64,000 bases of DNA from Isurus oxyrinchus (Eukaryota): the NCBI GenBank assembly GCA_026770705.1, contig JANJGN010000042.1, positions 1,054,001-1,118,000 on the forward strand, read 5' to 3'. Made by a program: the position numbers and the translations under genes. The notes beneath the pieces are model-generated. The model worked only from the letters and a program-made list of their open reading frames with translations, was not told the origin of the DNA and did not search any database. Each line of letters starts with the position of its first letter. Position 1 is the stretch's first letter. Shown in pieces: positions 1-10,196 of the stretch.

Positions 1-279
1 GTGCGTAAATGTACATGACCAAAAGTCGAAATATCACAGGAAAAAAAAAGGAAAACAAGGAAGGTTTCTTGCATGAACACAGCTCAAACCAAGCATGCGG
101 TCTTTGTTTATCACGGGTAGGTCAATAGATTTATCACATTAAAGGCATGACTGTTCCATTAGACGTTATTTTAGTGAGAGCTGTTTATTTCATTCGGTGC
201 ACAAAGCTGACATTTAAACATGGATATCATTATCAATCTAAGACTAATCCATCGCCAATTGTTGAACATGTACGTTTAC

Positions 280-617
280 AATATGCAAGATGAACTACAG
301 CGATTCACCAAGTCTCCAACGAAAGCACCTTCCAAACATTCCACATCTACCATTTTGAAGACAACAATATACACCAAACGCATGATAACAGTACAACCAG
401 CAGGTTTCCCTCCAAGCCCCACAGCATCCTGACTTGAAACTATATCGCCATGCATTCACTGTGGCTGAATCAATGTCTTGTAAATTTGTTGCTAACAGCA
501 GTGTGTGTGTACTTGCATAAGATGGACTGCTGAGATTCAAGGAGCCACCTTCACAAGCACAAATAGTGAATGTTCACAATTGATGGCCTTGCCAGCGAAG
601 CCCACACCCCATGAAAG
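280..617 (+). mobile_element. Degenerate 3' end of a shark non-LTR retroelement (LINE/SINE-shared tail)
   Basis: Ends in GGCCTTGCCAGCGAAGCCCACACCCCATGAA, the same family tail seen at 20660-20760 and, inverted, at 20371, 24700, 25205, 45170 and 63680. Boundaries are approximate. Confidence 0.55.
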
Positions 618-833
618 TACAATTAAAACAAACAAAATAGTATGAAAAGCAATCAGCTTGTATGGAAACAAACTGAACATGGTGACCGTGAAGTATCTTC
701 ATTTTTAGTCAGCCGATCTGTCCACATTAATTGGATGCAGATTCGACTAGTGTGACTGTGACTGTAGACATAGAAGTCATAACCTAACCTATCGCAAACC
801 CTAAGCTAACCACATTGCTAATGGTCTATCACT

Positions 834-874
834 CCGCCCTATGCAAATCCGCCCATCCTCTTGATGTTTATAAG
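834..874 (+). promoter_or_regulatory. IgNAR V promoter: GC box - octamer - GC box - TATA
   Basis: CCGCCC 834-839, perfect octamer ATGCAAAT 841-848, CCGCCC 849-854 and TTTATAAG 867-874, about 95-125 bp upstream of the leader ATG. This is the usual position and orientation of an IgH V-promoter octamer. Confidence 0.8.
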
Positions 875-966
875 GTCGGTGTTCTGCTACACACCGTTAC
901 ACAGAACAGTTGGTGTTGAGGTCTATAGTTCGTTCTGCTTATGTTTTCCACACTGGTGAAGAAACA

Positions 967-1009
967 ATGAATATTTTCTGCCTTTCGCTCCTTTTAACCT
1001 GGTTACCAA
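967..1009 (+). CDS. IgNAR: IgNAR leader exon (signal peptide MNIFCLSLLLTWLP)
   Basis: ATG at 967, 14 hydrophobic codons resembling known IgNAR leaders (MNIF...LP), and a phase-1 donor A|GTAAGT at 1009/1010. Confidence 0.93.
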
Positions 1010-1151
1010 GTAAGTGCTGTTCGCTAAAAAAGAGTGTACAGTAACTGGTTAAATTAGTGTGGCTGCGCCCGTATTGTGTAATTTGCCTTTGCCTTTAAAT
1101 GTTTTCATTGTTTCAGACCCGCAAGTTATTTAATATATTTTCTCCATTCAG

Positions 1152-1423
1152 GTACCTTCAGTATTAGAGTGGACCAAACACCAAGAACGGCAACGAAAGA
1201 GACAGGCGATTCCCTGACAATCAACTGCGTCCTAAAGGATGCTAGCTGTAGCTTGTACTCTACATCATGGTTCCGGAAAAACCCGGGATCAACAAATTGG
1301 GAACGGATAACCATTGGCGGCCGATATGTTGAATCAGTCAACAAGGGAAGCAAATCATTTTCCCTGCGAATCAATGACCTGACAGTTGAAGACAGTGTCA
1401 CGTTTTACTGCAGAGCTGAAACT
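1152..1423 (+). CDS. IgNAR: IgNAR V (VNAR) exon, type II-like, germline configuration
   Basis: Acceptor TTTTCTCCATTCAG| at 1151 is in phase with the leader. It encodes (S)[90 protein letters not shown]. Canonical Cys22, Trp36 and Cys83 are present, CDR2 is absent (the VNAR hallmark), and there is an extra Cys29 in CDR1. Confidence 0.97.
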
Positions 1424-1461
1424 CACAGTAATGAGTTTGAACTTCTGCTCATACAAGAACA
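1424..1461 (+). other. V 3' recombination signal sequence (23-type, 22-bp spacer)
   Basis: Heptamer CACAGTA 1424-1430, 22-bp spacer, nonamer ACAAGAACA 1453-1461. Confidence 0.9.
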
Positions 1462-1651
1462 CCCTCGGATCTTCTGGTGATTAAAATAGGAACTGCTTCG
1501 TTTTTTCACTCAAACGTTGCACTCACAGATTCCCATCTGAGACCGGCGGAGTTGTGTAAATAACTGGTGATATTTTCAAGATCAGAAATCTCCGCAGTGA
1601 GAATGAGGATTTGAAGTGCGGTTGTTCAATGTACAGCCCCGCATGTGAACC

Positions 1652-1734
1652 TATTTGTGCGCTGGGCTGTACCACTGTGTACATACTATAGCTGCCACAG
1701 CAATCGAGAAGACGGTTCCTGTAATACACAAACT
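1652..1734 (+). other. IgNAR: IgNAR D1 segment (coding 1680-1695, TACATACTATAGCTGC) with 12-RSS / 23-RSS
   Basis: 5' side: TATTTGTGC-12 bp-CACTGTG (1673-1679). 3' side: CACAGCA (1696-1702)-23 bp-ACACAAACT (1726-1734). Confidence 0.9.
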
Positions 1735-1922
1735 ACCAGCAGAGATTATGTTTTAAAAGTGAGAACAGAGTCATCATATCTCAACGGGTTTAGCAGCAAG
1801 TTTTCGGTTTCTCAGTGATTTGGATGGGTTTAGTTATAAAAGGCTTAAAAGAACAATGTTGTGTTGTGTATACAGATAGTGTATACATCAAAACTGAGAG
1901 CGTTGCATTACTGCACGTGCGA

Positions 1923-2008
1923 CCTTTTTGCACTGATCCCTATGACTGTGTGGCTGGTGTGACGATGTGCCACAGTGATGAATCCTGGATTCGCATAATA
2001 CACAAACT
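1923..2008 (+). other. IgNAR: IgNAR D2 segment (coding 1951-1970, TGGCTGGTGTGACGATGTGC) with 12-RSS / 22(23)-RSS
   Basis: 5' side: CCTTTTTGC-12 bp-GACTGTG (1944-1950). 3' side: CACAGTG (1971-1977)-22 bp-ACACAAACT (2000-2008). Confidence 0.92.
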
Positions 2009-2321
2009 TCCCCACACCTCTTAAGCAAAGCGAACAGATATCACTTTCTGAATGGCTAAGATATCTCATGACTAAATATTTATTATCTTCGTCAGACAGT
2101 GCCTGGTATTTTAAAGGCTTTTTTCTAGCTATTTAGGTGGTTATTTTATAAATTTTATAAATGTCATCTTCATAATGGAACACTTTACATTCGCCAGGAT
2201 TTTTTAGTGGGTGAGAATTATAGACATCTAAGGGATCCTAACATAAAGGCAACGATTTACCACATTTTTCAATCAATTTTTTGAACACCTGAAGGATTTA
2301 TTGTAAAGTTTTGGAGAATGG

Positions 2322-2389
2322 ATTTATTGTGTTGGAATGAATTGATGTGTAACTGCTATGACACAGTGACTCGGGCCACAGCACAAACC
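2322..2389 (+). other. IgNAR: IgNAR D3 segment (coding 2350-2361, TAACTGCTATGA) with 12-RSS / 12-RSS
   Basis: 5' side: ATTTATTGT-12 bp-TGATGTG (2343-2349, a divergent heptamer). 3' side: CACAGTG (2362-2368)-12 bp-GCACAAACC (2381-2389). Confidence 0.87.
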
Positions 2390-2704
2390 TCCCCGACAGT
2401 TATTTACTTTACTGCTCGTGAATATGGCTGAATAATCTACTTTCTTACACTTGATCTCTTGCTGCACAGAGGTTGAAATCAATTCCTGATCGACTTTTGT
2501 TTGGAATCTATCCGCATTCCCAGTAAAATTGAAACACTGGATTGTCTTTTTCAATGTTACAAAAAGCCCCATTGCTCATACGAACTATCGGCACGGACAG
2601 AAACGGACAGAAAATAAAGTTTTATTAAGGAATAAAAAGTATGCAACATGTCCTTGGATCCGTCTTGCTTTGGAATATTTATTGCTAAATTCTTCTTCGT
2701 TGAT

Positions 2705-2743
2705 ACTTTTTGAACTGGGCTGACTGGGAGCTGACTGACTGTG
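2705..2743 (-). other. J 5' recombination signal sequence (23-bp spacer)
   Basis: ACTTTTTGA 2705-2713, 23-bp spacer, GACTGTG 2737-2743. Confidence 0.88.
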
Positions 2744-2791
2744 ACTATAACAACTACGATGGGGCTGGCACGGTGCTGACTGTGAACTCTG
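2744..2791 (+). CDS. IgNAR: IgNAR J segment (YNNYDGAGTVLTVNS)
   Basis: VNAR FR4 motif Y-D-G-A-G-T-V-L-T-V-N (GxG) and a phase-1 donor G|GTAAGT at 2791/2792. Confidence 0.95.
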
Positions 2792-3469
2792 GTAAGTGAC
2801 CTTTCTTTCTAATTTGTTAATAAGATTTTGTACATATAGGATAAGAAGAATTAATGTTCTCATTCAAATCGGCTGAAGCAGGTTTGTGATGTTCGCAGCT
2901 CTTTCCAGGACCTGATTGGTTTGACTGTCAGTCAACTTCGAACGGGCTTAGAACTTTGTTATTTCAAAAGGTATTTCTTTCGAGAATCTAGTGAAATTGG
3001 TTTTAGGTTTATAACTTATCTGTCACATAACACTTAAGATAGTTGTTTAGAAAGATGGTGATGTTTTAAATACTTAAAACGGAACCGGATTTGCAAAGTT
3101 CCTCCTTACTGAGATGTTCCTTCACAAAGTAGAGGCAACAATTCTAATCCGAAAAGTTAATACAATGTTGCAGTGAGGAATGGTTTCTGAAAGCAAATAA
3201 ATGATGCGTGCTATTATTTTGTAAAACACAGCTTACGATTTATTACTCCCTCTAAACCTTTTATCGTTCTCTATGACAAAGATTTACGTTAATATCGGAA
3301 CAGAACCTTAAAAATCTGTTGTCCATTCGCACCTGGAGATTTGTGACTTTTGATTTAAGGGCACAAGTCAGTGACCTAGAAAGTGACTCACTGGGCATGA
3401 CACTGGTCTGTCCAAGTGGCGTTAAAGGTGCGCTAGAAATTGAGAAACCTATTTTACAAGCGCCAGCTT

Positions 3470-3540
3470 CCCCCACCAGCCCCCCTCCTCCCACCCCCCG
3501 ACCCCCCCCCCCCCCCCCCCACCCCCACCACCCCCCACTC
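3470..3540. repeat. Poly-C / C-run tract (G-quadruplex-forming on the - strand)
   Basis: CCCCCACCAGCCCCCCTCCTCCCACCCCCCGA(C)19ACCCCCACCACCCCCC. Confidence 0.85.
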
Positions 3541-6199
3541 GCTTGACGTGGACTACAATGTCATCGTTTTAATTTCTCATCAAGGAAAAATGACAGTGAA
3601 ACCAGTCGAGTTTCCTAAAGGAGATTGAAATGTTCTGTGAACTTCAATGGAAATTAGACAGTATAAGGTGAAACACTAACTAGCGATTCGCTATCAGGTT
3701 GTGTTGTATTACCAACGACAACCAATTTCAGCTCTGGACTGCAATGATATGGGAATCATGTTTCCATGGAATCCTGTATCCTAGACCTGTATTTCAGCTG
3801 ATAGCGGCGCTCTGTGTTTATGATTAGGAGGAACAGCAGAGAGCTTTGAAACAACAGCAGGTTACAATGTTCCAATTATATTCTCTTTTAAATTCGATGC
3901 ATGGAAATAAAGTAAGAGCTGCTCCCCAACCACCCCCTCCCTGCCCCTTTATTTAAAGCTTTATTGAGAATGGTGAAGCTTTTTCTAACACTTGGTATGT
4001 TATACCGTTCATTGCCTTACTGTATTTGAAGAAGAAATTTGTTAATTTGGGATCTGAGGGCTGGAAATCCGTCCCTGGTGGTAGTGCAAAGACGGGCGGT
4101 TTTGGCTCGGCCTCCTGTTTAAAGCAGCATCTGATGTTATGTTTCACTGACTGCAATGGGCGTTACATCAGGCACTGCACATAATAGCTGCCGATCCGCT
4201 TCTGCCCGATTTGCGCCATTGGCAGAGATGAACCTTTAGCCCATTAACACTGAGAAGGTAGGGGTGAGATGCAGACTGGACTAGGAGCATTGCTGAGGTT
4301 GAAGGGAATCGCTGCATAGATGGAACAGTCATTAATAGAAAAGTGCAATATTCTATGAAAGCTGAAAAATAAAACACGTGGCGATAAACTGGTATCGCTT
4401 CCATTACCTGGAGTCATACAGGTTGTTCCACCCATAGAATTCCTTCTCTCTGCAACTGATGCTCCCCAATTTAAGCTACGTTAAAACTGTTAACTTTCCC
4501 TTGAGCTGTTACAGGACCGATAAAGCAGGCATTCATTTATTGACATAAAAATGTTTTAAACCCTTTATCAAATAGTGTAAAGAGGAAGATTAAATGCTAA
4601 TTGCGGTTCCCTGAAGTCGGAAAAGGAGGTTTTGTGGCTTAATATCATTCCTTGCCTTTACTGACAAATCAACGGGTAAAACGTTGGTTGCAACATATAC
4701 TTCAATAATATTCACATTCTCAACATCAGAGGGAAATAATTTTATATAGTTTTTTTTCCAACTTGGCAAATGATTGTTAATTTAAGACTTGCATTGGCCA
4801 TAATTATGCAGCTGATTAAATTGTTCACTTCCTCATCCCCATTTCCGCACTCCATCTTTTATTTTTGCAGACACGTATCAATTTTTACTCAGTTTTGTAC
4901 ACTTTCATCAACTGTAATTTGTGATACATTTTATTTTTCTCCGAATTTTCCATTTTTTTAGGCTGCCTATATAATCTCCTATAAAAATCCTTCCCAACTT
5001 TGCCCATGTTATCTTCCCGACATATCTGAAGAATGATTGTTTGCAATTTTCACTCGAACACATTCAAGTCCATAAATAATGGTAATTGCCTTCACCTTTA
5101 TGACTCCAGAAGATGACTTATCATTATTTGCTCCACCCTTATCCTGTGTATTCCTTTACCACTGCTCAAATAATTAAACTGCATTGCTAACACTCCATAC
5201 CTCTGGCACAGGTTCAGTCCAAAGATATTTGGAAGTTTCTCGATAAATCATCTGCTCTTTGTCTGTTATCGATATTTTAGGCTATGTGCCATCAATTACC
5301 TCTTGCAGTTTCTTATTTTTTTTTTCCAATTTCAACTTAACGTTCTCACATTTGAACTCCTCCACACCATGCCCTTCTAACATTCAATCTTTATGAAAGT
5401 ATTTTATTTTCAGTCGAGGCAAACCCCGTGTTTATCCTTGCGTTTTTTTATTTTTTTCATCTTCCCGAAGTAAATCTCATTCTTCATCCATTTTCAAATC
5501 GTATCTTCCCATTTGTCTTGTGCCACTGTGTAACTAGTTTCTTATTCTTACTGGTTAGCCAAGGAACGTTTTGTGGCAACGAATGACACGACAGTAATGT
5601 ACTGTTCTCATATCGCAGTGAGAGAGCCCAAAAGATCCAATATAGAGAGAGGACTCTAGGAATAAAAACCGCCCTTTATTTAATGCTAATTCCTGTAAAC
5701 TACTAATATTAAGGCAGAACTGCATGAAAAATCCTCCCAGAAAATTAGAAAAAATACATATAAAATTGTGACACATTTTCAATGATATGTTAATGGACCT
5801 GACACAGGATGATTGGAATCATAAATTGATAGTTAAAACCACAAACGTATAATAGATCTTTAAAGAGAAAATGGCTCGGTACAGGGTAGACACATTTCCA
5901 TGAAATGAAAGGGAAGAACATCAAACTGGAATTCCATGAATGACTAAACGTAGAAATGAATATGAAGCAGAATCGCAATGCTTATGGGAAATGTATGTTT
6001 CATAAGTACAGAAGCAAATTGAGCATATAATGTAAAGGGCGAACGAGAAAAACAGAATAATAGTGGCAATGTATGTGAATATATATATGCCTTTAAAATA
6101 AAAGGCAAACGCAAAGTGTTTAATAACTTCTTTTATGAGCACCTAAGCAGTAGGATTGTCAAAGGAAGTGTGAGGATAATTAGGCACCGAAACCTATAT

Positions 6200-8175
6200 T
6201 GTTCTGGCGGTAAAGGGCGTGGCAGAGGCAAAAATAAATAGTTTACTTGTGCCTTCACTGAAAAAGTTGCTTAATTCTGTCAATGTCACAGTAAGTTGGG
6301 GGCACTAAGGAAACTGAAGTGATTCAATATATTTAAAAACGTTACTTAAATGTTAGCAGCGCTTAAAGAAGAAAAAAATCACATGGACGGATGGAATGCT
6401 GATAGAAGCAAGTGATGAAACAGTTAAAGCTACCACCACAGCCTTCAAACCTCCTTAGATATGACAGTGGTCCTGGAAGACTGGGTGTTCCAAAATGTTG
6501 TACCCGGGCACACAAAGCGGAGAACTTGAAAAATGCAGCCAATCAGCCCAGAAGTAGAAATGTGGAAAACTGTACAGACAATAATGCGGCGAAAATTAAT
6601 TGGTACTCTCAACTACAGTTCATTAGTTACAAGCAAACGGAGTTTGTTAAAGGAAAATTATGTTTAACTATCTTGGATGAATTTTTGATGGTGTAAGCAG
6701 AGACGGTTGTTGAGCTCAGTGCAGGTGATGCTGAGTATATGGACCCACAAATATTGTTTGCTTAAGCATCAAAACTAAAGTCCACGGGGTTAAAATGGAG
6801 GCGACAGGCTGAATACAAGATTTGGGAAGGGATAGAAGTCACCGAATAATGGTTCTGAATTATTGTTTCTGATTGGAAGAAATTGCCCGTTGTCAGCCCG
6901 GGGCGGTATGAGAACTATTGTTCTTTCTGGTACATATTAATGACCTGGACTCAGGGATACGGGGCAGAATTTCAAAGATTTCAGATGGCATGCAATGTGT
7001 AAATATAATGAAGAGCTAACGTAGTCTGACTGGTCAACTGGGTTGATGCATTGCAGGTTCTGTTAAATGCAGGGAAGTGTTGTGGTATAGGTTTTTGATG
7101 GATGAATGAGAAATTGTAACAAAAACTAAATAATCAGTTCTTAGTCGGTGGAGAAGGGGACTGGAATCGAGCGACCTGGGGCCGCATGCACAGTGATCTT
7201 GAAGGTGGCAGACATTTGCAGTTGTTTCATAAAGCATAAGGTAATAAGGTTATGCTAAACTTAAAATAATGTCAGGAAGAAATATTAATCTATGCAATGT
7301 AATTGTTTTTTTTTAAAATAGGGGTTTAGTCTGTGTGTGTTAATTGGACTAAAGGCAGCTTGCCTGCCTGCTTTGATGTATAGTAATTTTGAGATGTAAA
7401 CAGTATGCTAGGGTGCATTTGCATTTTGTTGAATGCAGCATTCGAGAAGCAGAGCGAAAACTTGCACTAAGCCAAGAGAAACAAAGCAATGTCTATATTA
7501 CTAACAAAATTGGTATTGTGAAAGGCGTTCAAATGACCTGGTGATAGAATGAACAACTGCATTCAAAGGGGAAGGCTCGGTATATGCGTAAGAGTTCTGT
7601 GTGTTGAAACCAGAGTCATGTAAGGTCAAAAGCTGTAAGCCTACAGCTGCCTGCAAAGGAACCAACTTGAAAGGAAACTCATTTTCAATTCATAAGATGA
7701 AATTGCTTTGCCGGGGCTCTGGTTAAGTCTATTGGCTATTTTTGCCTTCTTGGAGATTAATTTGGAAATTTGTTATAAGTTATGTTAATAATTTGTAGAA
7801 ATGTTTATGTGTTCAATGCCTTGTTGTCTATTCATAAATGTATCATTTAGTTTGATATAATAACCACTGAAGGGTTGAGGGGGTTCATTTCTGAATTCAG
7901 AGTTGCATCTCAAACGCACCAATTGAAAATATAGATAATGACAGTTGTTTAAAGTTTCCATCTGGGATTTTAAAGGTTACCCTTTATCAACCGTTGTGTC
8001 ATAACAGTAAGAATAGTGCTTAAGAACCATTTGGAATAATGTGCCTAATTATGTGAACTGCAGATAAGGGATGATGTTAACATCTTAGCAAGGGCATAGA
8101 GGAAATAAGCTATAATAGTACATGTGACACGGGATTTAACTTATGAAGCAACTTAGATGAACTTGGATTGTTATC
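6200..8175 (+). mobile_element. Highly degenerate CR1-type LINE ORF2 remnant, interrupted by an LTR-like insert
   Basis: Remnant RT motifs (Q.EFVKGKLCLT..DEF; INDLD; PFGIMC as a decayed PHLEYC) continue on both sides of 7270-8006. Boundaries are approximate. Confidence 0.55.
7270..8006. mobile_element. Probable solo LTR (737 bp)
   Basis: Begins TGTCAGGA and ends TCATAACA (TG...CA, 6/8 terminal inverted match). It is flanked by ATAA / GTAA (near-perfect 4-bp TSD) and splits a CR1 remnant. Confidence 0.5.
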
Positions 8176-8409
8176 ATTAGCCGATGCGAACAAAAGCATT
8201 TGGAGTGAGCTGATGTGCCGCTTCATCTTGTTCCACCATTTGATGATATCATGAATGATTTGAGTGTGTCCTAAATTCTTTTTTGCTGTCGAATATGAAT
8301 CCCATTATTTCAGAAAATTTTGTTTGAAAATGTTTCCAGGTGAAGTTACAAAACCATAGTGCTCCATAAACATGAAAGGTAAAACAGGTTATCGATAGCA
8401 GTTAACAAA

Positions 8410-9345
8410 CAAAACTTGGACTTACATTATCTTCAGCGCAATGAAACTTCCCAATGCACTTCAGAGGAGTCTTAAAAGCCAAACCAATGAGATACGTAAG
8501 GTGATAATTAGGAGAATGGCTAATGTTTGGTTAAAAAAAACGCTGGATAAGGGGTGAAGTTTAGAGAGGGAATTCTAGTGCTTCGGTCCTTAGGGCGGGC
8601 AGGGGTGCAATTAAAATCAGAGAAGCTTTATTTGGCAGGCCCACATTTTTGGAAACTTACGTAGCTGGATGACTTTACAGGGTGTGGGATGTTCAAGATC
8701 ATGGATGGATGGGAATTTAAAAATCAATGTTTTGGTTGAACGGGGCACAATGCCATTCAGCAAGCAGAAGGTGATTGGTGAATGGTACTTAACGTGATTA
8801 ATACACGGGCAGTAGTTTTCGATGACCTAAAGTTCACTGAGGATAGAATGTGGGCTATTGGCTACAAGTGCATTGGAATAGCCAAATCTAAAGGGAATAA
8901 AGGTATGAATGAAGCTGCAGCATAGATTGTGGAGAAGTTTGAGCGGAGTGGGAAGATCTTCCTGAGGTTTAAATAGACTGTCGGAGCAATGGAGCAAATA
9001 TATGGTCAGAAACTGGTCTTGGGGTCAAATAATTACACCAAAGTGGCAAAAAGTGTGATACAGCCTCAGCCATTGACAGACAGAGGGGTGGAACCGGCTT
9101 CAAGGGAATGGAATGTGCAGCTGGTTCTGAAGATCACGGCTTCAGCATTCCCGATATTTAGTTGGGCGAAATTACTGTTAATCTAGGACTGAATGTCGGG
9201 CATTAGTCTGGCAATTTCATGACATTGGAGGAGTCGATAGTGGTGGTGGTGGTGTAGAATTCAGCATCATCATCATAGAGGTGAAAATTAATGGTGTGGT
9301 TTCAGATAACATCGCCGAAGGGCAGGGTTTAAATGGGAAATGACA
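8410..9345 (-). mobile_element. Degenerate L2-like LINE remnant
   Basis: The reverse complement shows an RT-like FHLYDDD (YADD) remnant near 9265-9290 and an L2-type 3' end (...GAAGTGCATTGGGAAGTTTC...) near 8440-8465. Confidence 0.4.
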
Positions 9346-10196
9346 GAGAAAGAATCAATGTGCATTCAATATTTGACAATCACTACTTAGCAGAGCAAAA
9401 GTGAAGAAATATTAGACCTACATCACTGACAACAGTTAAGTCATAAATTAACAAGTGCTCACAATCAGCGTTTGCTGCAGGTCAACCCACAATGCCCAAT
9501 ACACGCGTTGGGACTCTTAAAGTACCAAGCACTATAAAATTGGTCTTATCGTAAAACCCCTAAATTGGGCCCGAGCCATTTGCTCTCTATGTAAGCTTGA
9601 TGCTTGTGGATCCTCCGCAGCAGAGCCTCTACCAATCAGAGCCATTTTCCAACATTCAGCAATCTTTAATGAACAAAACAAAGAGGAGCAGGAGTAGGCC
9701 ATTTGGCCTCTCAAGCCTGCCCCGTCTTTCAATAAAATGAGAACTGATCTGCCCCAGGCCACAACTCCTCTTTCTTGCCAGCTCCTCATAGCTCTCAACT
9801 TCCTGATATTGCAAAAGCACATCCATCTCCTCTTTAAGTACTTTCGGTAGCCTAGCCTCCACAACACTCTGGGGTAAAGAATTCCAGGCATTGACTACCC
9901 TCTGAGAGGCCAAATTCCGTTGCATCTCATCTTCAAATGATTGTCCCTTTATTTTCTAACCATGTCCCCTAGTTTTAGATTTCCCCAGTGGTGGAAATAT
10001 TTTCTCAACGCCTACCCTGCCAAGCAACCTCAGGATTTTGTGCATTTCACTAAGATAACACTCATTCTTCAAAACTCTAATGGATAAAGGCCGAAACTGT
10101 TTAGCCATTCTTGATAAGTCAACTCCTTCATTCCATGAATCAGCCCAGTGAATATCTTTTGAACTGCCTTCAATGCGACTACTTCCTTTCTTAAAT

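Noticed and set aside
1101-1161. Alternative V acceptors at 1116 (TTTCAG) and 1161 (CCTTCAG)
   Set aside because: The 1161 acceptor is out of frame with V, and the 1116 acceptor runs into an in-frame TAA at 1131. Only the acceptor at 1151 gives an open leader-V frame.
3261-3628. Pro/Gly-rich ORFs (possible hinge exon)
   Set aside because: Products of the poly-C tract, with no convincing splice sites in phase.
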